Numbered from the stretch's first letter, positions 38,311 to 52,473 are shown. The stretch is 64,000 nt of DNA from Eledone cirrhosa (GCA_964016885.1 OZ024755.1:23436001-23500000), one strand, 5' to 3'. Notes: generated by a model from the letters alone, not told the origin. Numbers and translations are program-made.

Positions 38311-41300
38311 CGAACACCCACTTAACAAAAGGTTCTTATATAAAATTATGTTGGAAGATTTAAAATGAAATAGGAATCCTGTTTAAAATGAAATAGGAAT
38401 CCTAGTATTGCCACAGCAAATCCTATGGAATGTAGTTGTATGCCTTTGTGAGGTTGATTATCAATTGATTTAATTTTCTGACACAACTCGATATTTTTTA
38501 ATATAACCAGGGTGAAAAGCCAGAATCTTGGTAATTGGGAACATTGTCGCAAGGGTTAAAATATCACATCATCTGTTAATTGCTTTTCTAACATTTTATT
38601 CTATATCACATGACAACGATAATTACAATTTTATAGTTTTGAATCTAGACAACTGTAAAGAATCAAATAGAACTCTAAAACATTAAAATAAGAATTAGAA
38701 ATATTTTAATTTGTTGCTATGGCTAATTATTTAAAAGAAATATTCATAAAGTCCCCCCCCCCCCCCTCAAACTTTGCATTATTTAAGTAAACACTTTCTT
38801 GATATAATTCCTCTTATTTTTAACCTAAGAAATGTCTCTTCTTTTTCAATTGCTAGATACTACTGAGGTGAAGGCTGAGCTAAGTGCAATAACAACAAGA
38901 CAGACCTCAAGCCAACAAATACAACAAGCAAGCCTTCCAGGTATACTGGTAACCATACTAACTGCAGTATTAACTGGGTCTTTCACTGACTGGCTATAGT
39001 GAGAGAGATAAATATATATATATATATATAATATTGTTATATTTGAGGAGGGTCATATTGTTATAATATTGCCAGAGATATATTATAACAATATGACTCT
39101 CCCCAAATATAACAATATTTGTTTCAACACGCGATTTCATATAAAAAAAACCTTGCAAAACAAATATATATATATAAAGAAAAGTAAGAAAGAAGGAATA
39201 ATTCTCAATATCAGATAACAGAAGAATGTCTAAAATATTTCACAAGAAATGTTATTTATAGAAAAGTAGCAGACAAACATAAACAAGATGTATTTAATAT
39301 GTAATTATATGTAATAGAAGGTCTTCAATTGCATTTAATATGTAATTAGATGTAATGTTTTCAGTTCTAGTCTATGAATAGAAGCTGATATTTTGGAAAT
39401 AAATAAAAAATATATGAGAAAGATTGTGAACTTCAATAAAATGTTTTTATATTACAAGAAATACCAGAGGAAAAATCTTAAATGAAAGGAAACCATAATT
39501 AATTGTTTCTACTTTAGGCACAAGGCCAGCAATTTGAAGGTGAGGGGAAAATCGATTATATCGACCCCAGTGCATTACTGGCGCTTCATTTTATAGACCC
39601 CATAATGATGAAAGGCAAAGCTAACCTCGACAGGATTTGAAATCAGAATGTAATTAACATTTGGGAATCTTACTTCAATTTCAGGCTTAATATATCTCTA
39701 CCATCTTTATGTTGTCATGCTGACATAAGTTTAAAATATTCTTTAAGGCAAAATTTTCAAAATGCTTAAAATAAAGTACTATTCCAGGTCAGAGGACTAA
39801 TGGAATAGTTAGAGTGTTGCACAAGATGCATTGTAGTATTTGTTCTAGCTTTTTGTGGTATTTGCTCCAGGTTTTTGGGGTATTTGTTCCAGCTTTTTGT
39901 GTTGTAAATTCAAATCTCACTGTTGCCTACATGGGTGGTGATCTTAATCCATCACCTAGTTTAACTCCACCACCTGGCTCTTGGATACCTTTATTGGAGT
40001 CTACTGTGTTACAACAATTCAGACAAGGTATCTAGTTTAAGGGTACTCTCCTCCATCTCTCTTACCAGTCTGAGGCCCTGAAAATACTCATAATCTCTGC
40101 TTTTTTTCTTCTTGACTAAACGGTTTAACCCTTTAGCATTTACATTACTCTATATTTACTGTTGTATTTTTACACTAAACACTTTATCTCACATAATACT
40201 GAATCTATGAGATTTTGATATTATTTATTTTGAGAAGAATACCTTAGCATAATATGAACGGCCAGTTATGGCTAGTTTAACCCTTTAGCATTTAATCCGG
40301 CCAGATTCTCTCACCTCTTTCTGTTCAAACCAGCTGTAAATGGTCACTCATACCTACATTAAGGTATTGTTCTCAAAATAAATAATATCAAAATCTCATA
40401 GATTCAATATTATATGAGATAAAGCCTTTACCATGAAAATATAATAGTAAATATAGAGTAATGTAAATGCTAAAGCGTTAAAGAAAAAATACAAACAAAC
40501 AAACTTATATAGTTGTTAAGTTTTGTTAGAAATTATTAGTTGTAAGATGTGTACAAACAAATATATCTGGAACTTATGATAGTTAAGAGATTCATATGAT
40601 TGGTTTTGATTTCAGCAAAAATAAGTTTCTAATTAAACTAAGCTCAAGAGAACTTACTTTCTCATTTATAATGAAACTTAAGGTTCAAATAGATACATTT
40701 GTATTAAGAGTATATATATATGACTAAATATGAGCAATGAGTCAACTAATTCATCCACATTGCTAGGTCAGAAGAGAATAATACATTTTTAGAAACTAAA
40801 ACATGAAATACCAAACATTCACTGTATGTAGAAATAGTTAAGAATCTATTCCTCCAAACTAATATAAATATAAATATTTGTAATACGATCTTAGATTTTT
40901 AACTAAGCAAAACATTGTTATGTATATGATATAAAGAGCAAAATGCGTAAAACTATATAATTTAGAAAAAAATATGTAAGCTTTCAAATATTAGTTAAAT
41001 GGCAACAAAGTGGAAGAGGGGAGGCCTGACATTTTGGGCAGTGTTCACTTCTTCGATGAAGGGCTCTGTCCAAAGCTAACATATTCTACTTACTGAACAG
41101 TTTGTATTTGCTACTTTCATATGGAAACCATTAATAGTTTCCCCAGATTCTACCATTTTATTTAGCTAATAGAAGTTATTTTCAGATAACTATTAGCAAG
41201 ATTCAAATAAAACAAAATATTTTAACTATATCATGTAAAAAACAAACAAACAAAATATTTGTAGGTTTCTCTTGCCTTATTTCTTTGTTAAAAATTTAAT

Positions 41301-41416
41301 CCCCACACATTATTTTACAGGCAGAGTCACTAAACCTATTCAGACCTCTATCAGCAACAAACTGCAAAGATAAAAACTGCTTTATACATAAGTAATTTGT
41401 CATAAGATATATATAT

Positions 41417-41482
<66 letters not shown>

Positions 41483-41486
<4 letters not shown>

Positions 41487-41597
41487 CTGTCATTACAGTA
41501 ACAGAAGTCTGATGAACTTTTGATTCCAGAGCTGGGCTCGATCGATAGAGATCGAACCTTGAGCTGATCAATGGGGAAACACCGCCACACCTGAATA
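41483..41597 (+). ncRNA. Decayed type I hammerhead-ribozyme-like repeat (second copy at 52262-52380, minus strand)
   Basis: CTGATGA, long stem II, GAAAC. The consensus of the two copies restores the full hammerhead core; each copy has at least one core mutation. Confidence 0.55.
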
Positions 41598-41906
41598 ACC
41601 ATAATGAAAATTTGACACCTTGTCCATTGGTGAATTGGCAGTATCGGTAGAGGGTCAGACACCATGCTTTGACGCATTGAGTTACGGCCCTTGCTATTCT
41701 GAGTTCAAATCCCGCCGAGGTTAACTTTGCCTTTCATCCTTTCGGGGTCGATAAAATAAAGTACCAGTAATGTACTGAGTAATTGCTGGCCTTGTGCCAA
41801 AAGTAGAAACAATTATTATTATTATATCATCATCATCATTTTACGTCCGCTTTTCCCTGCTTGCAGGGGTGGGACGTTATATATATATATATATATATAT
41901 ATATAA

Positions 41907-42100
41907 CGGTGGTGGATTGGCAGTATTGGTAGAGGGTTGGACGCCATGCTTTGATGCATAGAGTTACGGCCCTTGCCATTCTGAGTTCAAATCCCGCCTA
42001 GGTTAACTTTGCCTTTCATCCTTACGGGGTCGATAAAATAAAGTACCAGTAATGCACTGGGATAATTGCTGGCCTTGTGCCAAAAGTAGAAACAATTATT
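41907..42100 (+). mobile_element. tRNA-derived SINE family 1, representative full copy (roughly 25 full or partial copies in the window)
   Basis: A-box-like TGGCAGTATTGG, B-box GAGTTCAAATCC, central GCCTTTCATCCTTACGGGGTCGATAAAATAAAGTACCAG (resembles the Meta-SINE domain) and an (ATT)n tail. Other copies at ~14006, 16143, 24063, 35163, 41628, 57333, 61317 (+) and ~14960, 33145, 39500, 42527, 44008, 48665, 63525 (-). Confidence 0.9.
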
Positions 42101-42865
42101 ATATATATATAAAATAAAATTGGAAATATTTAAAACTATACTAACAGTCTGAGGCAGCTAAAAGAAATGAAAATGTAGAAACAATGACAGACTGGATTAG
42201 TTTCTTCTCTTAACCCTGTATTAGTGGCTGATTACAGCCAGTTTGAACAGAATGAGGTGAGGATATGGCTGGTTAAGGTATTGTTCTCAAAATAAATAAA
42301 ATCAAAATCTCACAGGTTCAATATTATGTGAGGTAAAACCTTTACCATGAAAATATAATAGTAAATACAGAGTAATGTAAATGCTGAAGGCTTAACGTTA
42401 GTATGAGCGGCCAGTTTAAATGCTCAAGCGTTAAATGATGCTTCATTTCCATATTTTAGTTCTTGATAAAAGCAAAGGAATATATACTTATTTGGCACAT
42501 ATGGAAATCTAAAATTCATTTCAGTATAATGGTTTCTGATTTAGGCACAAGGCCAACAATTTTAGGGAAGGGGAAAGTTGATTAAATTGACCCCAATTCA
42601 TTACTGGTACTTTATTTTATTGACTCCATAAGGATGAAAGGCAAAGCTTACCATGATGGGATTTCAACACAGAACATAAATGGCTGTAACTCTAAGCTAC
42701 AAAGCATGTTGTCCAACGCTCTGCCGATACTCCCAACCCATTGCCCTCTCATTTAAGTAAAATAAAATATAAAATATTAAGAAAATTTAAAGAGGCATTG
42801 TAATTGTGACTGAGTGAGAACTACATGAAATTCTATTACATTTCTTGGGTTGCTATTGGTTAGAC

Positions 42866-43160
42866 CAGAGCTTCTCAAAGAGGGCACTACCAGGGGGCAC
42901 TGGTGGTAGGCGATAGAGATGATATAATAGTATATTAAAAATCAAATGGTACATATTATATATAAATATAAAAAAATAAAAAATATAATATTTATTTATA
43001 CATAGTATATATTATATAAATTAACGATTTTATTTATTATATATTATGTACAATTTTGGTGTAAGCAGGCCTCTCTGGAAATAGGGTTGGGGTGCACTGA
43101 AGGTGTTACGTGGCTGTGAAAGGGGAGGGGTTGGTGACCCGAAAAGTTTGAGAACCTCTG
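42866..43160. mobile_element. hAT-type MITE
   Basis: TIR CAGAGCTTCTCAAA / TTTGAGAACCTCTG; perfect 8-bp TSD GGTTAGAC. Confidence 0.9.
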
Positions 43161-44477
43161 GGTTAGACTGTCGTCTTCTGGTAGCCAACTACTTATTTAA
43201 CTTTTAAGTTCTAGTCTTGTTCATTTGGTATCTTTAGAACACAATGCCATTCTTATAAGTTTTGAACTTCTTTTATTTCTCTAATTAATTCTAAACAGCT
43301 GGATTAGCAGTTTGTATCCTGTCATTGTAAATAAACATAACACTAAACTTTTAATTTAGCTTATCTGAAACTAGATACCAACAAAAAAAGTAATTAGGTG
43401 GTTGTTAGTGGATTTTAACCCTTTAGCATTTAAACCAGCCATATCCAGCCAGAATTCCCTCATCTCTTTATGTTCAACCCTTTAGCATTTAAACCAGCCA
43501 TATCAAGAAAGATTTTGAGGGATTTACTAAAATTATTAATTATTTCATTACTAAGATAGTAACTTAATGTAAATTTCTTATATAAAATTGTTGGAAGATT
43601 TTAATATAAATTAGAAACCTTTAAAATGGGTGGTTTTATTTCATAGAACCAGAGCTGGTTGGTAATTAATGGGTTAAGCAGAACACTGGGAAAATATAGC
43701 AGTTAAGACACCGTAGGGAGAAAATGAACATAAATTAAAATTATAATCAAATTGTACACACATAATGTTACCTAAGTATCATCTCCAATGTATTAACTTG
43801 ACTCCTAGCAAGTATAATTTTAGTTTAATTAAAAACTGATTACATGGCGAGTGGAATTAATTACTTAATTTTAGAACTGATGATTTAAATTAACTCTCTC
43901 TCTCTCACACACTCAAAGCACATGCAAGTGAGGGATTTGCATACTGGATGATTCCTGACTTATTGTGTAAATATTCCATAAAAAAAACTTTGATCAATAG
44001 GAAATATAATTGTTTCTACTTTAGGCACAAGGCCAGCAATTACCCAGTGCCTTACTGGTACTTTATTTTATCGACCCCGTAAGGATGAAAGGCAAAGTCA
44101 ACCTCGGTGGGATTTGAACTCAGATCATAAAGGGACGTAACTATGCTGGAAATGAAACCAATAAGATTTGTTTCAATTTGAAATATCAAGGATTAGGTGA
44201 AGCACAGAAAGTAAAGGCAACTGACAAACCAATAACTACAAAAGAAGCAATTCACTGAAATATGTACACAGCTTGGTAAATTAAATTGAAATAAACTATG
44301 TAAAGGTTGCAATAGAAGAGAAAGGCGATGGAAAGCTTTTAATTACAATTATTAATTAGTAGTAGACTTTTCACTTTGAAATATATTATGTTGGTGAAAA
44401 TGAGTTAAAAAAGAAAGCAGCGACTAAAATAGCTAAGAGGTTATTCAAAGAGAAACAATTTGGTAGGTTTCATAGAA

Positions 44478-44712
44478 AGATGTACTACAGGCTTAGATGT
44501 ACTACAGGGTTAGATGTACTACATGTTTAGATATACTACAGGCTTAGATGTACTACATGCTTAGATGTACTACAGGCTTAGATGTACTACAGGCTTAGAT
44601 GTACTACATGTTTAGATGTACTACATGTTTAGATAAACTACATGTTTAGATAAACCAGATGTTTAGACGTACTAGATAAACTACATGTTTAGAAGTACTA
44701 CAGGTTTAGATG
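44478..44712. repeat. 17-bp minisatellite
   Basis: AGATGTACTACA(G/T)G(C/T)TT repeated about 13 times. Confidence 0.9.
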
Positions 44713-46930
44713 AATGTGAATTTATAAAACTGAAAAGAAAAGAACACGGATGTAAATCTTGTTTGAAGATGTCATGTCCATCACAATGTTAAGTGCTTCA
44801 ATGAGTATATTATCTATATTGTGTGTGAAATAGAAATAACAATAGAGATACATTTAATATATATGGAGTGTTTGAGGACTCTGGCCCCACAACCCTCTCA
44901 GGAAGCAGGAGGATGAAGGGGAGAAGAAGAAGAAGAAAAAGACAGACTCTTTAGTTTTTGTGGTATTCCATGGAGAAAATGTTGGGCTTGTTTTCAGTAA
45001 GGTTTTTATTAGAATGTGGAGATGGGTGTTTTTCCTAGAGAAGTAGTTAATAATACGATAATTAAAACAAAATAATAGATATTCTAAAATAGCTAGTTTT
45101 CTATTTCTAAGGATGACTGGATATAGTAGAACTGCAATACAATAGCGATGAGTTTTCTCATTTATCTATGAATTCAGACGTGCTCTCGCTTAGTCTCAAT
45201 CACAGACAGCAGTGTTTATTAATTTAATATTGATACTTATTTTTATCACAAACAGGCTGATTGAAATCAGTAGAAATCAATTTGATAATTGATTTGAGAT
45301 AAACGAAGCAAGTAATTCATCTGCGAAAACTGCAACTTATGACAAAATTTAAACATTAATTTCACTTATAGCAGGTTGACATATGTTGATGCCTTAAGGA
45401 CAGGCACAGTTCTCTTGGAGACGCAGGGCATGGAAGCAATGATGAGGGACTGAGACCACTGGAGAGAACTCATCCATGGATCTCGGGAATTTTACCCACC
45501 CTAGATAGATAGATAGCAGGTAGAAAATAAATTTTGCAGAAGAGTTTCAACATTAATAATAATAATCAACATCGTTTAACGTCCATTTTCAAGACTAGCA
45601 TGGGTAGGAAGAGCAGTCAGTCTTTTTGTGAGAGATCTAGGCAGATAATGTAATAATAATGTAAAAGAATTTTAAGTATTTAAACAATTTAATTTTTATA
45701 TATAGTCTGAAAACAATTATGAGTGAGTAGGAAGATAAATAAATAGTATTTAGGGAAACAATAGCTGAAAATATTAAATGGTCAATCTAATAGAGAAAAG
45801 AACAAAACAAAAAAAAAACTGCTGTCACGTCACCAGCATCAAGCTCACCTCTAACATTGACACCACTATGGTTCATGTTCACCAACCCTCCCATTTATGC
45901 TCTAACGTTAAGTACCCTCTTCAGACACAAGTGGCAGCATAACCTCTAATTAAAGCCGTTTTGTTAACAGACGTAATATACAGTTGTGTTGGTTCCTTCT
46001 GATACTAAGGCGTCTCTCCAAGGTCAGTAAAATCTTATCATCACATAGCTGAGATGAATGGATACTACAAACAGATCACTTAAGCAATTGACTTTAAGGA
46101 TTTACCTAAGAATCACTTAACTGCTCCTAAGTAGTTCAACATTTTAAGCAATTTAAGAATATATTTTTTATTTATTTAGCACATCCTTTTTCAATATATA
46201 ATATAAAATAAAGAAATACTAAAGAATTCTCCTATTGTTTGTGCTGTCTTTTGCTTTATCTCACATACTCATCAATCTGTTGTTTTGGATCTCCTTTTGG
46301 AGTTATATTTTTTTCTACTACCAATCTAAGTCAAATAAAAAAAAAGGATAAAGATTCCATAACTCCTTGTGGAGTCATAGAGGCACTGTCAAATGGCGTG
46401 TCAAGTCACTTTTAAATCTGGCAGATGGAAAAAAAAAAAAGGTCTACATGGTCTAATGATGGTTAAGTGATTGCCTGGTGTGGGATTAACAGATAGCATT
46501 ACCAGGAATAGAGTACAAATGAATCTCACCACACAGACTTTGGTGATGCAACAGTTCTACTATTGATATTTTCTTAGTTTGGCACAAAATCACAAATTCT
46601 AGATGAGGTGTATATATCATTGAATTGACACCAAAAGATGTCAGTGACCCTGACAAAGTTGATCAAGCTGGATTTAAACTCAGAATTTACATGAGTATAT
46701 TCTAGCACACCACTGCTCTAGAGATAATAATTATTTGTAAACACACAACCAGAAATTTTGAGGAAAGAAAGTCAATTATACCAACCCCAGTACTTGACTG
46801 GTACTCTATTTCATTGAGACTGGCTCAGCTGGATTTGGAATCAGAACGTAAAGGGTTGTATGCTTCCTTTATTTTGTTAACAAGTGTCTATTCATACACT
46901 CAATAGAAAACAACAACAAATAGATACATT

Positions 46931-47060
46931 TATGTAGGGATGGACGAAAACTGGTGACAAATATGTAGGGATAGACGAAAACTGGTGACAAATATGTAGG
47001 GATGGACGAAAACTGGTGACAAATATGTAGGGATGGACGAAAACTGGTTGCAAATGGATG
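46931..47060. repeat. ~30-bp minisatellite
   Basis: ATATGTAGGGATGGACGAAAACTGGTGACAA-like unit, about 4 copies. Confidence 0.9.
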
Positions 47061-47324
47061 GATGAAAACGAAAATTATATAAAAACAAGAAGAAGGATAA
47101 AGACATTATACAATATTCTTTGAAGTGTTTACATTTCTTGTTATCATCTTGTAGGCATATATTATATTTTACTCCTGTCTGTGGCACATTGAATGCAAAT
47201 TTTATTTTATTTCCTAAACTGCTTCAAAGATACGGTTCCTTATTTGATAAGCGTATATGTATGTACTTATATTTTCCCACATTCAAATAAGACCAAACAT
47301 TTGATTTATTCAAACCCTTTGGAT

Positions 47325-47747
47325 AAGCTGGGTGTATAAGCCACCTAGAAACAGTGTAAAATAGTTAACAAAGCTGGGTGTATAAGCACCCTAGAGACTG
47401 TAAAATAATGAAAAAAGTTGGATGTATAAGTCCCATAGAGACTCCGTATAGCTGGGCCTATAAGCACCCTAGAGACTCTGTAAAATAGTAAAACAAGCTG
47501 GGTGTATAAGCCCCCTAGAGACTGTAAAATAGTGAAACAAGCTGGGTGTATAAGCCACCTAGAGACTGTAAAATAGTGAAACAAGCTGGGTGTATAAGTC
47601 CCCTAGATACTCTGTAAACTAGTGAAACAAGCTGGGTGTATAAGTCCCCTAGATACTCTGTAAACTAGTGAAACAAGCTGGGTGTATAAGTCCCCTAGAT
47701 ACTCTGTAAACTAGTGAAACAAGCTGGGTGTATAAGCACCCTAGAAA
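47325..47747. repeat. 44-46-bp minisatellite
   Basis: AAACAAGCTGGGTGTATAAGTCCCCTAGATACTCTGTAAACTAGTG, about 9 copies. Confidence 0.92.
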
Positions 47748-47794
47748 CCTACCGACTGATTTTTTGTTTACATCCAGTGGCTTAAAAATGATGG

Positions 47795-47975
47795 ATGAGT
47801 GACCAGTCTCACATTGGTGTAATGGTAGTACAGTTGATGTGTGAGTGGCCAGTCTCACATTGGTGTAATGGTAGTACAGTTGATGTGTGAGTGGCCAGTC
47901 TCACATTGGTGTAATGGTAGTACAGTTGATGTGTGAGTGACCAACCTCACTTTTGTGCAATGGTAGAGCAGTTCA
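47795..47975. repeat. 46-bp minisatellite unrelated to the large array
   Basis: TGAGTGGCCAGTCTCACATTGGTGTAATGGTAGTACAGTTGATGTG, about 4 copies. Confidence 0.92.
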
Positions 47976-48664
47976 TTTACATTAACCCTTTAGCATTTAA
48001 ACTGGCCGTCCCCAGCCACAATTCTCATACCTATTCCTGTTCAAACCGGCTGTAACTGTCTGCTCATACTGACGTTAAGGTATTGTTCTCAAAATAAATA
48101 TCAAAATCTCATAGATTCAATATGTGAGATAATTATATAAGATAAAGCCATTACCACAAAAATACAATAGGGTATATAGAGTATACACTAAAGGGTTAAG
48201 CTAACATACTGCAGGGCTAAGGAGCCAGAAGCAAGGAGCAAGTGATGTCATATTGGAGGAAGCACAGGCTTGTATTTGTCTCTGAATGAGTGAGGACCTA
48301 CGTGTTTACTTGTGGAGTGTGTGAGTTTTCTATGTTCTCTAACCAGACAAAGCAGGTGAACATCTCACAAGTAGATTCAGTACAGAAATGAGTGGAAACT
48401 CGCTTCTTACAACACATACTTTTAAAATGAAGTCTAACATTTTATCATTGTAATAACAAGCCACTCTATTTAAGTTTCTCATTCTATTTAAATAGTCAAA
48501 TTCTGGTCAAAGTTTGCATCAGTCTAAATCTGCCAAAGTTCATCACTAAGTTTGTTTATAAGGCATGATAGCATTCTAATTATGATGTTGTACTTTCCTG
48601 CAATGGGGATGATGACCATTTCATTTACAAATAATTCCTTATTTCTTTGGTTTATGTAAATACA

Positions 48665-48853
48665 TAATTGTTTCTACTTTAGGCACAAGGCCAGCAATTA
48701 CCCAGTGCATTACTGGTACTTTATTTTATCGACCCCGTAAGGATGAAAGGCAAAGTCAACCTCGGCAGAATTTGAACTCAGATCGTAAAGGGACGTAACT
48801 ATGCTGGAAAGCATGGCGTCCGACCCTCTACCGATACTGCCAATCTACCACCC
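48665..48853 (-). mobile_element. SINE family 1, young full-length copy
   Basis: Near-consensus sequence, flanked by the direct repeat TTATGTAAATACATAAT (TSD-like). Confidence 0.9.
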
Positions 48854-48904
48854 TTTATTATGTAAATACATAATAAGATGAAATAAGATAGTAAGGTAGT
48901 TTAA

Positions 48905-49339
48905 CCCTTTAGCATTTACATTACTCTATATGCACTATTTTTTTTTCATGGTAAAGGCTTTACTTCACAAAATCATCTCACATTATCCCTTTAGTGTTCA
49001 AACCGGCCAAAACCGGCCAGAATTCTCTACCTCTTTCTGTTGAAACTGGCTATAACCAGTCACTCAAACTGATGTTAAGGTATTGTTCTCAAAATAAATA
49101 CTTTCAAAATCTCATAGATTCGATATTATGTGAGATAATTATGCGAGGTAAAGCCTTTACCATGAAAATATAATAGTATATATAGAATAATGTGAATGCT
49201 AAAGGGTTAAACTGAATCTATGAGATTTTGATATTATTTATTTTGAGAAAAATACCTTAACATCAGTATGAGTGGCGAGTTACAGCCGGTTTGAACAGAA
49301 AGAGGTGAGAGAATTCTGGCCGGTTTAAATGCTAAAAGA
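48905..49339. mobile_element. MITE A with an oppositely oriented MITE A (48987-49206) nested inside it
   Basis: The outer copy resumes in register after the inner copy's AAAGGGTTAA end. Confidence 0.85.
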
Positions 49340-51684
49340 TTAAACCATTATGCATAAAATATAAATTTGATTTGATAAAAAAGTAGATTAGATTAGAATG
49401 TGTGTCTTTATGTGTATGTAACTTTGTGTATGTGATAATTCTTATATCAGCATCAATTTTAGACAGAAATAAATTTATAAATTTATGCTTTTCCTACGGG
49501 TATTAATAAACAAATAAGTTTCAGTTGGGAATCGAAACCAGGTCAAAGACTTGATTTAGAGGGAATTTATCACTGGTTGCTATGAACACATACATAAACA
49601 CAGTAATGAGATATGACAGAAATGCAACCAACGTTAAGACACAGAAAAATAACAAATATTTGCATTTCAGATTTATACTGAGTATATCAAGATCAGAGTA
49701 TTTTCTTTTAATATTTTTTACATAGTTTCTTGGTTTTAGTTAAAACAAACAGAAATTTAAGTTTTCTTCAATTTTCAAGTTTATAATTAACTATTATAAG
49801 TATACAATCCCACTCAGTTAAAGGACCGTAAAGAAGTATTTAATTTCCCTAATATTTATTCTCACCACTTTCTTACTATATTTTTCTCATGATTCAAACT
49901 GTTACAGGCATATAAAAAGTGTCAGACCTTTGGGAGAATGTTTATGAGATTTTTTTAATTTTAAGTAATAGATATTCACTTCCTCTCTTATATAATAAGA
50001 ATTGTAAACACATTAAAGAAAACAAAAGCTGGCTGAAACAATATTTTTTATTTTAGAAGAAAATTTATTTTATAGATAAGTGAGAAGCTAATCCAGGAAT
50101 GTCTTTAATCTATAACTATCTGATCTCTTTTACAGAGTAACTCAAGCCTTCATAATTTATGTAAGAAGCACAAGTAAATCATACAAAATATGTAAACAAA
50201 TAAGAGAAACTTCGGAAAATTTTCTAATTTAATGAACAATGACTATGTTACGACCATTGAATATCTTCAATAAAGGGTCCCACATGTGGTATAAATGGAT
50301 GATAGTCCAACACATGTGATATATTATTTTACTAACTGTAGTATCAGACATTGCTCAGTTAATGGGAGTTTTCATGGAAAAAACATAATAATTGCAGCAT
50401 TGCATAAATATAATTTGAAACTCAACAGTTATATTCTGTGTGTGTGTGTGAGACCATAGCTGTGTTCTTGCTTTTGTTGTGTAATGTAGAAGTTTGTCAA
50501 ACAGAGATTGATAAAATAAGTAGTAGACTGAAATAAATACTGGGATTTTAGATGTTATTCCAGTAAGATTGCAGCCCAGTCAAATGTCTGAACCAAATCA
50601 ATGAAAGATCAATTTATTTTCATTGCTCTTGTTCATTTGTTGATTATATGTGCATGGAAATTCTTAAACAAAAACAGCATACAATAAAAACCCTAGGATC
50701 TGCTCCAAATGCCAAGCCTCACTCTCATTAAGGACCTCTCATAGTGAACATAGATCTTAAACATAGCTAGTTCTATATCTGAAAGACTATCTATTGTCTT
50801 CATAGCCTGAAAATACTTCAACCCTAACAATTTCTGATCTATTACCAGGCTCAGGTAAGACCCATAATGAAGAGAAAGAGAAAGAAAGGGGTCAGAATGA
50901 AAGGAGTGAGAAGGAAGAGACAGGGAGAGAGATAGAAAAGAGGGATTGAAGAGAGAAAATAAATAAAGAATGATAGACAAGAGAATGTAACAAAGAGATA
51001 GATGATAGCAAGATGGTTGATAAGTGGGAAGCTCAATTCAAACCTAATGAGTGAGGAAGACCCGGATACAGTCATTAAACAACTCTACTCCCTAGCTTCA
51101 TCACCATCATTTTTTCTGTCCTGTCCATTTTTTAAATGATTGAATGGGTTGGACAGGTCTTGTCCAACCCAGCATTTCACTATTTATTGTGGTCACTTGT
51201 CATTTCCTTTTGTGATCCATTATAACCATTTTTTCCTGTCTTCCTCTTCTACAGTTTCATTTGGAATGCTTGACACTTTTTTTAAAAACACAACTGACAT
51301 TCTCCATATGCATCCCATATCCATAACAACATAGTTTTCTCTTTTGCATACTACACTTGATTCTTCTTATATCTAGTTTTTCTCTCAGCTCACTAATATT
51401 ATATAACCAGTGGAGCAAACTTGCCATATTTCTTCCCAGTCTTCACAAATACAGCAGCTGTACAAAAGCACCATACAACCTGCTTTGTGTTGTCAGCAGC
51501 GGTAATAAATCTCTGAACTTTTTCCACCCTGTTCTACCTATAGCATCTATGGTTTCAAGACCTTCATTTTAGCTGCTAATTAGGTCGTTAAGATAACAAA
51601 GCTATCAACTATTTCCACAGAGCCTTCTGGGCATTATTAATTATTCATTTTATGTGTACTCATACTGCCAACTACTGTGCATCT

Positions 51685-51870
51685 GTTACATAGAAAGTCT
51701 CCCTTCTCTGCTAGCCTGTCTAAAGTCCCACAACACCCTCAGTACATTATTTGTTACATAGAAAGTCTCCCTTCTCTGCTAGCCTGTCTAAAGTCCCACA
51801 ACACCCTCAGTACATTATTTGTTACATAGAAAGTCTCCCTTCTCTGTCAGCCTGTCTGAGGTCCCACAAG
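51685..51870. repeat. ~68-bp tandem repeat
   Basis: TGTTACATAGAAAGTCTCCCTTCTCTG...CAGTACATTATT, about 2.7 copies. Confidence 0.9.
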
Positions 51871-52381
51871 TGCATTCATAATTTACACTGTGTGTTTGTA
51901 TATAAATATATATTACGACAGACATCTACAGCTTCTGTTCACCAAATTCCATATAAAAGGTTTTGATCAGCCCTTGGTTACACTAGAATACAAGATACTG
52001 TGCATTGGGATTGAACTAGGAACCATATGGTTGCAAAGCAAGCTTCTTATCCTCACCATCATGGCTTCACCTAGCTATATTATGTTTTTTGTTGATAAGC
52101 ATATATATATAAATATATACAAGGAGTGTAATGTGAAGTTACTGTAGGTTTCCCCAGGTGAACACTTGATGTTTAGGTTCATGTCAATGGTGAGGTGTAG
52201 AACTATACAGAGTGTAATGTAATATAATAATACAAGGATGATTTGTTAAGCCTTCATTATGTTTATTGATTGGTGACGCGCGTTTTGCTACTGATCAGCT
52301 CAAGGTTTGATCTGTATCGATCTGGCTCGACTCTGGAATCAAAAGCTCGTCGGATCTCTGTTATTGTAATGACAGAATTAT

Positions 52382-52473
52382 TATATATTATATATGTATG
52401 TATATATATATATATATATATACACATATATATACACATATATATATATATATATACACATATATATATACAC

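Noticed and set aside
38857-38940. Possible plus-strand phase-1 exon (TTEVKAELSAITTRQ...)
   Set aside because: The donor is weak, no partner exons were found, and I recognise no homology.
41628-41720. tRNA gene suggested by A and B boxes
   Set aside because: It is a SINE head present in many diverged copies, with no cloverleaf.
45848-45888. Minus-strand GVNVR followed by a GTGAG donor, resembling MINDY GLDVNVR
   Set aside because: The flanking residues do not match and there is an in-frame stop just upstream.
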